Shown: positions 13,055 through 26,156 of the stretch, in pieces
How the letters are laid out: every line of letters begins with the position of its first letter
Position numbering within the stretch: position 1 is the stretch's first letter
Source: Octopus bimaculoides
Lineage: Eukaryota
Assembly (NCBI RefSeq): GCF_001194135.2
Contig: NC_068982.1
Coordinates: forward strand, 111,553,874 to 111,607,095
Reading direction: 5' to 3'
DNA: 53,222 nucleotides
Translations under genes and position numbers: made by a program
The notes under the pieces: generated by a model
Seen by the model: only the letters and a program-made list of their open reading frames with translations
The model's database searches: none
Told to the model about the DNA's origin: nothing

Positions 13055-14105
13055 TTTTTTACTACAGGTACAAGAGTTGAAATTTTGCGGGAGGGTGCAA
13101 GTTCATTACATCGACCACAGTGCTCAACCGGTACTTATTGTATCGACGTCGAAAGGATGAAAGGCGAAGTTAACTTCGGCGGAATTTGAACTCAGAACAT
13201 AAAGAGCAGGAAACCGCCTTAACAAATAATGGTTTCAAATTTTTGGCACAAGGCCAGCAATTTTAGAGGTGGAGTCTAAGGTGATTACATAGAGCCCAAT
13301 GTTCAACTAGTACTTATTTAATCGACTCCGAAAGGATGAAAGGCAAAGTCGACTTCGGCGGAATTTGAACTCAGAGCGTAAAGACGGACAAAATGCCGCT
13401 AAGCATTTCTGCCCGGCGTGCTAACGATTCTGGCGGTTCGTCACCTTCGCGTTAACAGATAATTATATGAGGAAGTAAAGATAATTATAATACTAATGCC
13501 AAACCTAGTAATAACAAACCATATCGATACCAGTGATAATATCACTAGTCTAACAATTTGACTATATTGATCCCTAGTTCAGGTGTATTAGCCAATATTT
13601 GAATTCTAAACCTCTACACACATACATATATATAAATAGACACACTTATACATATACGTGTGTATATTTGAATTCTTCAGATACAGGGAACATAGAGAAA
13701 GCGGGGAAAAAAGGAGAGAAATACAATGAAGATATCTTAAGCATACTGTTAAGAAGAGATAATCTTTAATAATCCTTTCTAAAAATAGGCACCAACCTGA
13801 AATTTCGGGGGATGAGACTAATCGGTTACATTGACCCCAGTGTTTCATTGGTACATAATTTATCGACCCTAAAAGGATAAAAGGCAAAGTCGACCTCGGC
13901 GGAATTTGAACTGAGAGCACAACGACGGGCGAAATACTGAGAAGCATTTTGTCCAGCTTGCTAACGATTCTGCCAGCTCGCCACCTTAGGGATAATCTTT
14001 AATGATAAGCAGAAATAATTTTTCCTATTATAGGCACAAGACCTGAAATTTTTGAGGCAGGGGTCTAGTCGATTACATCGACTTCAGTGATTGACTGTTA
14101 CTTAT
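13055..14105 (-). mobile_element. Cluster of four SINE family B copies (two near full length at about 13228-13446 and 13769-13986, two partial)
   Basis: Minus-strand head GGCGAGCTGGCAGAATCGTTAGC...GAGTTCAAATTCCGCC and central GAGGTCGACTTTGCCTTTCATCCTT...GTCGATAAAATAAGTACC. Confidence 0.85.
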
Positions 14106-14576
14106 TCAGATGTTTTCATATAAGTGATGTAGTCATGTCATTCAGCCATTATGAAGAACCGTAGATTTTATATGCTAGTAGAACGCACTGAGATAATATG
14201 TGCAATAGTCGAAGGTGTCTCACATTCAAGAAGGTATACTATAAAAATATTAGATTGGGAATTACGTATAGTACCAATTAGTAGTGCATGAATCTCATTT
14301 CAGATCTTAGTAAAGGGTAGAGAAAAAAAAACAGAAAGAAATAATAAATAGTTGTTTGACTGAGAGATGAGGAAAAGACACAGAAAGAAATGGGGGCGGG
14401 GGAGATGTATCTCTATCTAATGTTAACTATTTTCCCTATGAAATATTGATCTTAATTTATGCTTGCAATTTACAACTAATTCATTATGCTTATTTAATAT
14501 ATTCTCACGATTAGCGAAGAATATATCCAGGGCCTCACGTAAACAGTCTCTGCACATCTGTGTGTGTTTGTTCGTT

Positions 14577-14618
<42 letters not shown>

Positions 14619-14624
14619 TGTGGT

Positions 14625-14656
<32 letters not shown>

Positions 14657-15095
14657 CGCGTGCGCGTGTGATGGTGCGTGCGTGCGCGCGAGCGCGTGTC
14701 TGTGTAAGCTCACTTCACAAAAGCAATTCTCGATGAAATATCTTATTCTTTTCTCCTTTGACGTCGCAAAATAATTTTAGAATGATGTTTTTCGTATTTC
14801 TATTTCTGTTCCAATTTTTCGTAATTTAATTTATAATTTATTTTCAGCATTTAGTCACTGTATGTTCATAAACATCTCTGTTTCGGAAATTTCGTTTCCT
14901 TCTTTTGCTTAAGTTGATAAATTCATAAAAGTATTCATATAAATTCATAAAGTACTTCATAAAAGTAAATGAAAATACTCGAAAAAAAAAAAGTGGAAAA
15001 GTTTTGGGCTCGTAGGTGAAAAATATTTCAAGAATTTTGTGAAAAGTGATAGGGTTGTTTCAATCTTATGAACTAACGAATTAAACATTTTGTAG

Positions 15096-15194
15096 TCACA
15101 GAGGAGGGACATACGAAGTTTAGTAAAATCAGATGGGTCAAGACAACATGTGGCAGAAGAAAATTGTGGATCTAGGAGAATTTGTTACGTGGTG
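15096..15194 (+). other. Candidate 99-nt internal exon
   Basis: CTAAC branch-like motif at 15073-15077, TTTTGTAG acceptor, GTG|GTAAGT donor. The phase-0 frame is open: SQRRDIRSLVKSDGSRQHVAEENCGSRRICYVV. No homology recognised. Confidence 0.35.
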
Positions 15195-15350
15195 GTAAGT
15201 TCGATTGCTGTATTTCTGTTCTACCAAAAAGTATTGAATAATCAATTAGTTTAATGTTAAGTTGTTATATAAATACCTTCACATAAAAGAAATATATACG
15301 ATGGACAGACATATGATTCTATATACATATGTATATATGCCATATATATA

Positions 15351-15623
15351 TTCTTTTATTTCAGTCATTTGACTGCGGCCATGCTAGAGCATCGCCTTTA
15401 GTCGAGCAAATCGAACCCAGGGCTTATTCTTTGTAAGCCTAGTACTTATTCTATCGGTCTCTTTTGCCGAACCGCTAAGTTACGGGGACGTAAACACACC
15501 AGCATCGGTTGTCAAGCGATGTTGGGGGGACAAATACAGACACACAAACATACACACACACACACACACACACACANNNNNNNNNNNNNNNNNNNNNNNN
15601 NNNNNNNNNNNNNNNNNNNNNNN

Positions 15624-15655
<32 letters not shown>

Positions 15656-15791
15656 GACGGGCTTCTTTCAGTTTCCGGTCGGCCCGAGGCTATAGTAGAA
15701 GACACTTGCCCAAGGTGCTACGCAGTGGGACTGAACCCGGAACCATATGGTTGGTAGGCAAGCTACTTACCACACTGCCACTCCTGCGCCT
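15351..15791 (-). mobile_element. SINE family A copy
   Basis: Same head, central block and tail as 37749-38169. Gap in the internal microsatellite and a small internal deletion. Confidence 0.9.
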
Positions 15792-15820
15792 ATATGTATA
15801 TATGTTATATATATATATAT

Positions 15821-16047
15821 TCTTTTATTCTTTTGTTTCAGTCATTTGACTGCGAATATGTTGGAGCATCGCTTTAGTCGAGCAAATCGAACCCAGGACT
15901 TATACTTTGTAAGCTTAGTACTTATTCTATCGAATTCTTTTGTCGAATCGCTAAGTGACGGGTACATAAACACATCAACATCGGTTGTCAAGCGATGGTG
16001 GGATGACAAACATAGATACAGAAATACATACATACATACAAACATAC

Positions 16048-16096
<49 letters not shown>

Positions 16097-16284
16097 ACAC
16101 ACACACACACACATATACGNNNNNNNNNNACACACTCACACACACACACACACACACATATACGACAGGCTTCTTTCAGTTTCTGTCTACCAAATCCACT
16201 CACATGGCTTTGCTCGGCCCGAGTCTATAGTAGATGACACTTGCCCAAGGTGCCACACAGTGGGTCTGAACCTGGAACCATGTG
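15821..16284 (-). mobile_element. SINE family A copy, adjacent to the previous one in the same orientation
   Basis: Same modules, head slightly 5'-truncated. Confidence 0.88.
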
Positions 16285-16570
16285 TAAAACAGATATACAT
16301 ATGCCAATATAAATGTATATTATGTGTGTATGTGTGTGTGTGTGTCTGTGTGTGTGTGTGTATGTGCCTGTGTATACATATTATCCACATATATATAATA
16401 CATTTGTAAATATATGCATGTTGGTATATGTATATACGCATGCACAAACATGCACACACATATATATATGTATATATACATATATCGGTTAGTAGTTCAT
16501 ACCTCCGAAAGAAGCATACTCTAAAACACTAGAGCTGTAATATTTAAACTTAAATCTATCTATCTATCTC

Positions 16571-16638
<68 letters not shown>

Positions 16639-19062
16639 ACTATCTATCTATATCTGTCTGTCTATCTCCCCCTTCTCTCTATATGGGGAGAAAGATGATA
16701 GGGCAATGGGAAGAGTTGGAACTGAGAAATGTTTAGAATGCATTGAAAGACTGAGTGAGTTGATTAGGTAGACGTATTATAGAAGCTGGCTCTCATGTAA
16801 TTTTCAGATCGATAATTAATTTAAAAGTAAACTCATTTGATTCTCTGTTGTTAAATCAACCTCATCAAACAATTAAAGCTTCTTATTTAAAATTGTTTGA
16901 ATGATTTAAAGTTTCTAACTTGTCTACATTGAACTACACTTCTATCTATTCATAAAAGAAGCAGCAGCATGTAATTACGAACTATACTATTTACGTAACA
17001 CCCACATTTCTGGAGAGATTTCGTTTCCGCTAAAAAATTAGTCTCGAATTTGTAAATACTGTCAACTTCTTAATTTTCGCTTCTAATCATTGCACACTAA
17101 GCGATTTTATTGAAGCAGTCTTAATTTCAAACGATTACTAATTAAAAACTAAAAGCAAAAAAAAAAAAGGCGTATGATAAGAGCTACAGTTTTGATAAAG
17201 CTACACCTCTGTAAGAGATAACGAAAAAACGTTATAATATTGTCGATTGTATGGAATAAAAATAAAATATACGCCAATAATTTCACATAAACCATGACAT
17301 TACAATAATCTGCAACAAAACGAATAAACACTTTAGTTTGGTGCTCCACTATTAGCATCATGTTTAGAAGAGGACCTGTTATTCAGGTTTAGTCAGAGGA
17401 TGTTGGGCAGCGGCCATGACATTTTGTAGGATCTCCGGTGACTGATAGAAAGAAGGAAGAAAGGAAATTATTTTCAGACTGGAGATCGGACCAACTGCTT
17501 ACAACAGAATAGTTTTCACTAAAATTACCAAAGGGCCAAGAGATGGTGTTGTTAAATCGGGCAGTAGATGTGGTTAAATCATTAAAAATAAAGTTGTGTT
17601 AGTTACAAAGTTAGGCCTCAAGCTTAGCCATAGTTTCACATTATGTTAGACTTTAATAGTTTTAGATTATATAAAGTTTAAGATAATGTGGAAAAAAAGT
17701 GTCTAGCAGAAACCAGTCAATAAAATGCACGACTCTCAAACACGCAAATGAACGCATTAAAAGCTGGAGGTATTATTTATAATTCTTAAATGCTCATTGA
17801 TTTTCGTGGAAAACTCTATTCCATATAACTGGTGACTTAAAATAGAAAACTTAACCAATAGCGATAACAATGTGACATTCTGTTTATTGATCAACTAAAA
17901 CCGCTTCGGTTAAAGATATAATATATGATATAGAATCGATAATATTTTCTTTCTTTTACTGGGAGCCTAGAACTTGGAATTTTTGTTCAGGGAAGATAGT
18001 GAGTGACGTGAAGAAATGCGATTTTAGAATAAGTATCTAAACAGGTAAGTAGTGGTCAGTGTATTTATGTTTAGTTGCAAGAATCAATGTGCGTCTGCGA
18101 GATGTAGAAGTAAGAAACAAAAGAGGAGAAAAAGCTATTGGCAGAGCAAAGAAAGAAGCAAGGGATAAAAGAGACGTATCTTGAACTTAATTCAAATAGA
18201 CAATTGATTTTATGAAAAAAATATGCATGTATGCATACATGTATGCTTGTATGTATCCAACGTATATATTGTATGTGTATGTAATTCATATATTATGTGT
18301 GTGTATGTATATATATATATATATATATACAATACCCACACACATCCATAATGCAAACATACATGTGCATACATACTGAAGAACAGTATAGATCGAGGTA
18401 AAACAAACAAACAAAAAATGACGTGAGAAAATAACGAAATAAGATTGCAAACGTGAATAAGAAGATAAGTGGGAGAAGAATGCTAAAGGATGCTAAAGGC
18501 AGTGTGAAGAGGCGAAAGAACAAAATTATTGACAACAAAACATGAAGGGATGTTTTTAAACTTTAGCTGTGGTAAACGATTTTCTCCACTCATATACGAA
18601 CACGCAATTTCTCATTCCATTTTCTAAATCACTCAAAATTTATAGGAACCCGAATCGATAAAAATCTGAAATGAAATAAAGCAAAATGTTATATTGGTCT
18701 TTGATTCAGTATTGAATCTTTAAAGATATTTCGACATTAATCTCATTTGAAAAGATCAGACAGAAAAAATATATATCAGCATATATATTCTATTGGAACG
18801 TATTTAACTTGATAGACTATAAGAGTGTGATTATGTAAGTCAGTACGCTGTTAAGTTACTATTCAATCAACATTTTCTTCTACCTCACCGCCTAGCCAGT
18901 ACACTCACACTCACGAACTAATATACATATACACTTTTAGGCGCACACAAACACTTGTATACGCACGCATACATACATACATACATACATACATACATTA
19001 TACCCATATATGCATGTATATATACATATATATGTAGGCATGTACATATATGTATGTATATA

Positions 19063-19117
<55 letters not shown>

Positions 19118-19857
19118 ACAATGTTCAATCTTTATATTAAGTCAATAGAAGAGATGCATTTTTCTAGTTGCAGAATGTTCCCCCTACATCGTTACTTTGT
19201 TAGCGTCTGCTTATTCATAATTCTATCTAAAAATTTGAGTCGACCACCTTACAAATGTAGAGACATTCTATGAAGAATGTAAACTTTTTGGAAATGCTTG
19301 AATCCAATAATCTTTAAAAATATATTTACTCCGTCAGATTGTTTTCATTTCTTTTTAGCTTTTTATTTTAAAAATAAATATTTATTTAAAATTTCATTTT
19401 TAAATCTGTCAATAAAACAAATAGATGAAAGTAAGTAAATAGTCGAATCACCTACGAAAACAGTAAAATATTTTACACGCACACGCACACATATATATAT
19501 AGACTGTATACAAAGAATGTATACATATACAATGCATATAGAATGTTTATTTTGTATATATATATACATATATATATATAGTAGATTTGGTCGAACAAAT
19601 AGGAGAAACAGGAGAGTTTTTTTTAAACGGCAGGGTGTTACAAGAGTGACTGGTAGGATAAGAGTTTGGTGCGAACCTTATCAATAAGTCCCACGCACGA
19701 AACTGCTAGCACTCGAGTCACTTTTGTAATTTTCTGCAGATTAAAAAAAATAAAAGTATGTATAGAATATTTAACAAACTATGTATAAAATATACATGGG
19801 AGGACGACAAAGAGTGAATGACTGCAGTAGCGCGAAAAAAGGCTTACACGCACTCAG

Positions 19858-19895
<38 letters not shown>

Positions 19896-19917
19896 NNNNN
19901 NNNNNTATGTATGTATG

Positions 19918-19948
<31 letters not shown>

Positions 19949-20051
19949 GCGTGTGAATTACAAACACACAAACACACAAACACACATGTATATGGACCGT
20001 TGGCGATTTTCCTCCTTCTTCCTGCTTATCTTTTGGACTTTACTGCTTTTC

Positions 20052-20090
20052 CTGTTTCCGACGAAGAACTGTGCTCGAAACGTAAAACAG
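20052..20090 (+). ncRNA. Degenerate minimal hammerhead motif (Penelope pLTR type)
   Basis: CUGUUU-CCGACGA-A-GAAC-UGU-GCUC-GAAAC-GUA-AAACAG. Perfect 6-bp stem I and ACGU palindrome, with a U4-to-C change and one stem II mismatch. Confidence 0.6.
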
Positions 20091-20795
20091 CAACTCTCCT
20101 TCCTTCACCGAGCGTCACATTAATTCATTACTTGTGCTACATCCTCACGTTTGTTTTTTTCTTTTTCTTTTGTTGTCTGTCTTTTGAATTGACTATATAT
20201 ATATATATATATATATATATNNNNNNNNNNNNNNNNNNNNNNNNNNNNNNNNNNNNNNNNNNNNNNNNNNNNNNNNNNNNNNNNNNNNNNNNNNNNNNNN
20301 NNNNNNNNNNNNNNNNNNNNNNNNNNNNNNNNNNNNNNNNNNNNNNNNNNNNNNNNNNNNNNNNNNNNNNNNNNNNNNNNNNNNNNNNNNNNNNNNNNNN
20401 NNNNNNNNNNNNNNNNNNNNNNNNNNNNNNNNNNNNNNNNNNNNNNNNNNNNNNNNNNNNNNNNNNNNNNNNNNNNNNNNNNNNNNNNNNNNNNNNNNNN
20501 NNNNNNNNNNNNNNNNNNNNNNNNNNNNNNNNNNNNNNNNNNNNNNNNNNNNNNNNNNNNNNNNNNNNNNNNNNNNNNNNNNNNNNNNNNNNNNNNNNNN
20601 NNNNNNNNNNNNNNNNNNNNNNNNNNNNNNNNNNNNNNNNNNNNNNNNNNNNNNNNNNNNNNNNNNNNNNNNNNNNNNNNNNNNNNNNNNNNNNNNNNNN
20701 NNNNNNNNNNNNNNNNNNNNNNNNNNNNNNNNNNNNNNNNNNNNNNNNNNNNNNNNNNNNNNNNNNNNNNNNNNNNNNNNNNNNNNNNNNNNNNN

Positions 20796-20837
<42 letters not shown>

Positions 20838-21737
20838 AATGTATATGTTTGTGTGTCTGTGTTTGTCCCCCACCATCGCTTGACGACCAATGTTGGTGTG
20901 CTTACGTCCACGTAACATAGTGGTTCCGCTTAAGAGACACAAATAACCAACAATATTACAAACAATAGCAAAAAGAATACCAACAGTGTGAAAGTTAATA
21001 AAATTAAGAATACTAACACGACCAATGACAATAATAATAACAATAATAATAATAATAATAATAATATAAACCTAAATATTAATAAAAATAAAAATAACGA
21101 ACCCCTAAGAACCAATATAACCCCAGTAAAGAACGATAACACCAAGTCATTTAGTTCACATATACCGTATAGAAATAACCCCAATAAAACTGACACGAAC
21201 AATAAGATAAACACAACTATAGAAAGAAATACAATAACCATAACTACAACTTTACACGCTATACGAATACTGAGGGCAGTTTGTACACCATTAATAATAA
21301 ACGAAATAGTGATAAGATCTGACTAATAATCCCCTTCGCCATGCAGCTCAAATCTAACATAGTTCGCTCCATAATGAGACTCATAGATAAGCACTTCAAC
21401 TTAAATAATAAATATGCAGCAATATTTAAGAATAAAATTAGAGTAGGCCATAGCCTGACTAGTAACTTAGCTACCATCATAAATAATAATAAATAATAAT
21501 AAGCTAGACACCTTCTACGAAACTAGGAAAATTAGGAACATAAAACATAACAGCCAACCGGCAAATAAAATAAATCTCTCCCTAATGATGCGCAGCGCCT
21601 TCAAGCAACACGGACAACAACCCGAGAAACAGTAGCCCCCCCACTCAACACAACACTAGCACAGATAAGCAGAATATTTTATGTGGCTGCAGAGACAGAA
21701 ATAATGTCAGTTCTCTAATAGGTGTAAAACAAAAAAT

Positions 21738-22100
21738 GTAGTATACCAATGCGACGTACTCGCAAATAACCATACAAAATCGTATATAGGAGCCACGAAA
21801 AACCAAATGATTCTCAGGTACTATTCACACCAATCCAGTTTTAGAAATAGAAGTAAAGCAAACTCTACAGAGTTTAGTAGCAACATCTAGGAATTAAAGG
21901 ATAAAAAAATCAACTATAGCTTAGAATGGCCTATCCTAGCAAAAACCTCGTCTTATAACACTACCAATAGGCGGCATGATCTTTGTTTAACAGAACGCCA
22001 CCAAATATTAATGGCTAAACCGCTTCTACTCAGTAGGCAATATGAAAATGATAAATTTTGTCTGCATATAGTCCAATTTGTCTTTTCTAAGTTTTATTAA
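21738..22100 (+). pseudogene. GIY-YIG endonuclease domain of a Penelope-like element, with premature stop
   Basis: VVY (21738-21746) and YIG (21783-21791) lie in one frame. In-frame TAG at 21888-21890 falls where Trp is expected. Terminal TAA at 22098-22100. Confidence 0.88.
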
Positions 22101-22804
22101 ACTCGCTCAATCCTGTGCACACCACTACCTCCTAATCTTAACCCTACTAGCAGACCTACTTATCAACGCATTACCTCCCCTTAACCTATTGCTAACCTAA
22201 CACCAATCCAAACCTACATTATAAATAAATAAACAATATACCTAATCCATATTCTACGTTACACTACTCCAAACCCACATTATAAACCAATAATTATATA
22301 CCTATTCTACATCCTACGCTAGCCTATTCCTATTATTCTTTTTAGTCGAGAACCACCAACGCAACTTACACACAAATTTTTCCCTTCCAACCCTCTTTCT
22401 CTTTGCACTCTTCATAACTAAATATTATTACGGTAACGAGTCCTTACACGCTAGATCGGACCGACGCTCGATTTATACTTTACACTGATATACTTCCTTT
22501 ATAAATACGAACCGCCTACAACCTATAACTTACTGACACATAGGTCCTTCGCACCGGTAATCCCTTTAGAGTTAACTCACTTACATTACACCGTCGGCCA
22601 ACCCCCAGAAGTCACAGACACGTGGAAGCCATGCTATTAAATGACCATGAGACCAAAAGTTCAACTAACTTCTATTCTTCTTCCACCTCACAACGGACTT
22701 AACGAATAGTGAACCTAACTATAATGTAAGACTTTCGAACCTTTCATCATTTTCTTTTCCGATGTGTTCCTCTACCTTTCGCTGTTCTCTAACTCTGACT
22801 TCTT

Positions 22805-22850
22805 CGTTCTGATGATGTCTACCATTGGCAACGAGACAGAAATATAAATA
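22805..22850 (+). ncRNA. Hammerhead-like motif at the 3' end of the Penelope remnant
   Basis: CUGAUGA-UGUCU-(13 nt)-AGACA-GAA-AUAU-A. Perfect 5-bp stem II, palindromic AUAU stem III, weak stem I. Confidence 0.5.
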
Positions 22851-23624
22851 TTTATTTTCCTCACCATGGTACACAGAAACGATCGTAAACTCAATCTCAC
22901 TCTCACCTTTCTTAACTAATTAAATAATGGCTTCCTAGCGCAGAAGACAACACTTCTTATTGTTATTTTTCCTCCATTTTCTTATCGTCTATATAAATTT
23001 AGCTACGGTTTACCCGCCAAATTACCTGCTACCGCATACCTTTTACCAAGGACTATATCTACTGAGGTAATTACCAGGAGTGCTTTTGGATATATCTGTC
23101 TCTTAGAGGCTTTAAACATCTCTAACTTATACCTGCATATATATACATAAACGTGAAGTAGATGCCCCCCCCCCACCAAAATAAAGACACAGAATGGCAA
23201 GTTAAAAAACATAGTAAATGCGCAGACGAACGGAAAACAGACACAGAAGGTCCCCAACTCCTCATCGGTTATCGGCCAGAGAGGCAAACACAATTTCGTG
23301 CCTTTAACGATAATNNNNNNNNNNNNNNNNNNNNNNNNNNNNNNNNNNNNNNNNNNNNNNNNNNNNNNNNNNNNNNNNNNNNNNNNNNNNNNNNNNNNNN
23401 NNNNNNNNNNNNNNNNNNNNNNNNNNNNNNNNNNNNNNNNNNNNNNNNNNNNNNNNNNNNNNNNNNNNNNNNNNNNNNNNNNNNNNNNNNNNNNNNNNNN
23501 NNNNNNNNNNNNNNNNNNNNNNNNNNNNNNNNNNNNNNNNNNNNNNNNNNNNNNNNNNNNNNNNNNNNNNNNNNNNNNNNNNNNNNNNCAGTAAGTTGTT
23601 TATATATATATATATATATATATA

Positions 23625-24410
23625 TCTTACTATATAAAATACATTGTCTGTGTGTGTGTCTTCTATGCACGGCCAAACCTCTCGATCAATCTTACCATAC
23701 TTGGGATACATGAATAATTTGACCTGGGAAATAATAATACGGTTTTGATTTAATTTTTTAATTAAAAATAAATAATATTGCTTTATATATAAAATAAAGT
23801 TTCACCTCTTCAAACCATTTTGTCAATGTCAACTTCCTGTGTCTGGCGTTCTGGCGTAGTAGCTAAGTAACCAGCTATTTACACACACGTATGTATACAT
23901 CATCACAGTTGTGACGATTTCTGATAAAAAAGAATTTCTAAAGGTACTTTCATTTTTTATATTCTTCTTCAGCTTTCTATTTGTGTATCTGTACGTTTAG
24001 GTTCATTTCTGTAAAATTTTTTCAATGTCAACAGGTCTGCTTCGTATATAAGATATATATTTATGTGTGTATAAATACATTCAATACGGAGATACACGCC
24101 TCTCTTTCATATGTTAACAGGTCTGTTAAGATATATATTAATGTGAGTGTGTGTGTGTGAAAATGCATTCAATAGGGAGATAGACGCCTTTTTTCAAATG
24201 TCAACAAGTCTGTTTCATATATATGATATATATTATTGTGTATGTGTGTGTATGTGTGTGTGTATGTGTGTGTAAATAAATTCCATACGGAGATAGAGGC
24301 CTTTTTTTGCACATGTCAACAGGTCTGTTTTATATATATATAAGACATATATTTGTGTGTGTCCTCTATGGACGGCCAAACAGCTGGATCACTCTATACC
24401 ATAATTTTCT
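23625..24410 (+). mobile_element. Helitron 5' portion, same family as 27905-29948, opposite strand
   Basis: Starts A|TCTTACTATATAAAA followed by a TG-rich tract, resembling animal non-autonomous Helitron 5' ends. 23763-24410 is the reverse complement of about 29270-29948. Confidence 0.7.
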
Positions 24411-24702
24411 CGGTTTTACAAAGAAAGAGCAAAAGAAGCTGACGCGGGTTCTCCAAATTCAGTCTATTAGTGGCACAGTGAAGATTTGTAAGACATTCCA
24501 ATAAATCTTCATCTGAGAGTCTTATACGAATAGATACAGACATTTGGGTGTATACATCGAGAGTTCAACCAACACACCAATTCCACCACATATTTACAAA
24601 CACTGGGAGCTCTTTTAACTTAAAAAGTATTGTCGCGCTATTAGCGACCGGTTTCAACTCTCTTAGGAACTTAAATAAAACTCAAAGTAAAAACATCTCT
24701 CT

Positions 24703-24738
<36 letters not shown>

Positions 24739-24989
24739 NNNNNNNNNNNNNNNNNNNNNNNNNNNNNNNNNNNNNNNNNNNNNNNNNNNNNNNNNNNNNN
24801 NNNNNNNNNNNNNNNNNNNNNNNNNNNNNNNNNNNNNNNNNNNNNNNNNNNNNNNNNNNNNNNNNNNNNNNNNNNNNNNNNNNNNNNNNNNNNNNNNNNN
24901 NNNNNNNNNNNNNNNNNNNNNNNNNNNNNNNNNNNNNNNNNNNNNNNNNNNNNNNNNNNNNNNNNNNNNNNNNNNNNNNNNNNNNNNNN

Positions 24990-25029
<40 letters not shown>

Positions 25030-25659
25030 TTTCGCATACATACTTTTGTCTTTTTTCCTTCCTGGATCAAAATATAGAACTAGTCCAGTATCAGGACTGC
25101 TTTAATCGACAAACCAAACTTGGGGCCTTGCACGTTTGTTAGAAACGATTGCTGTTAAACAATGAGTGGTTAAACGATGATTGGCAGAACCAGACAAAAT
25201 ACATTCAGGTTTTCGAAGGACGTAGCTGCATGTTGTTTCACAGACACATCACATACAGATAGCGCCAAATTGGTTTCTTTGTTTCTGTGTTGTCATAAAA
25301 ACAAAGAAAACCATAACTTCCGAATCCTCAGTGATCACTCCAAGTCAGTAGAGTACAGCTGTTATGTTTGTTACGTATTCTGGTTAATAGGAATTCTAAA
25401 AGTATTGTTATATTAAAGAGACTGACTAGTTTATTGCTGCACAAATTATAGAGAGCAAGAAGGAAAGAGGAGGTTCTCTATGACCGCTTGGCCTTTCAGA
25501 AATAGCAGCCAAATCTCCCTCACATACTACCATTTTAGAAAAAAAAGAATGCAGTACTAGATGTTCTATACGTAAGAAAGAGACAGAATTGCCACACACC
25601 GAGAACATCGTCGTTCATAGGCCTACACGAACACTAACAACTACAACAAAAACCTACTC

Positions 25660-25878
25660 AACAACGAGAGGCTTTTGGTAGTTGTTAGACCTATTGGAAA
25701 TAGCAGTCAAAACTTCCACGAATCACACCCACTGTCATACCCCCCCCACCCGAACACATTGGATAATATAGAACTAGATACATTGATACATTACCTCTCA
25801 AAAGGGGTCGAGATAGTCACGGCTTGATCACATGTCTACTGAAATATGGTTAACCTGGGGCTAAACAACAACAACAAC
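25660..25878 (+). repeat. Interspersed repeat family E with (CAA)n tail; related pieces near 3340-3460, 25470-25560, 33410-33460, 38350-38520
   Basis: Recurring AAATAGCAG(C/T)CAAA...CCCTCA motif ending GGGGCTAAACAACAACAAC. Confidence 0.5.
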
Positions 25879-26013
25879 CTCCGCTTCCTTCTGCACTCTA
25901 TAGGTTCCTGTCAGAAAATAATTGGAATTCTTCCCATTTCTAACAGTGTTTTGGTTATATAAATACGTCTTAGCAAAACAGCAGGAACAGTCACATGAAA
26001 AGTAGTGCAATGT

Positions 26014-26059
<46 letters not shown>

Positions 26060-26096
26060 GTATGTATATCTCTGTGCATACATACATACCTATATG

Positions 26097-26156
<60 letters not shown>

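Larger units (their letters stand above)
20940..22900 (+). mobile_element. Penelope-like retroelement remnant (linker + GIY-YIG endonuclease + long 3' UTR)
   Basis: 21299-21475 reads KRNSDKI*LIIPFAMQLKSNIVRSIMRLIDKHF...IFKNKIRVGHSLTSNLATII, a PLE linker pattern. 21738-22100 reads VVYQCDV...SYIGAT...RYYSHQSSF...ST...I*ELK...W.IL.K...LCLTERHQI...CLH, a GIY-YIG domain. Boundaries approximate. Confidence 0.9.
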
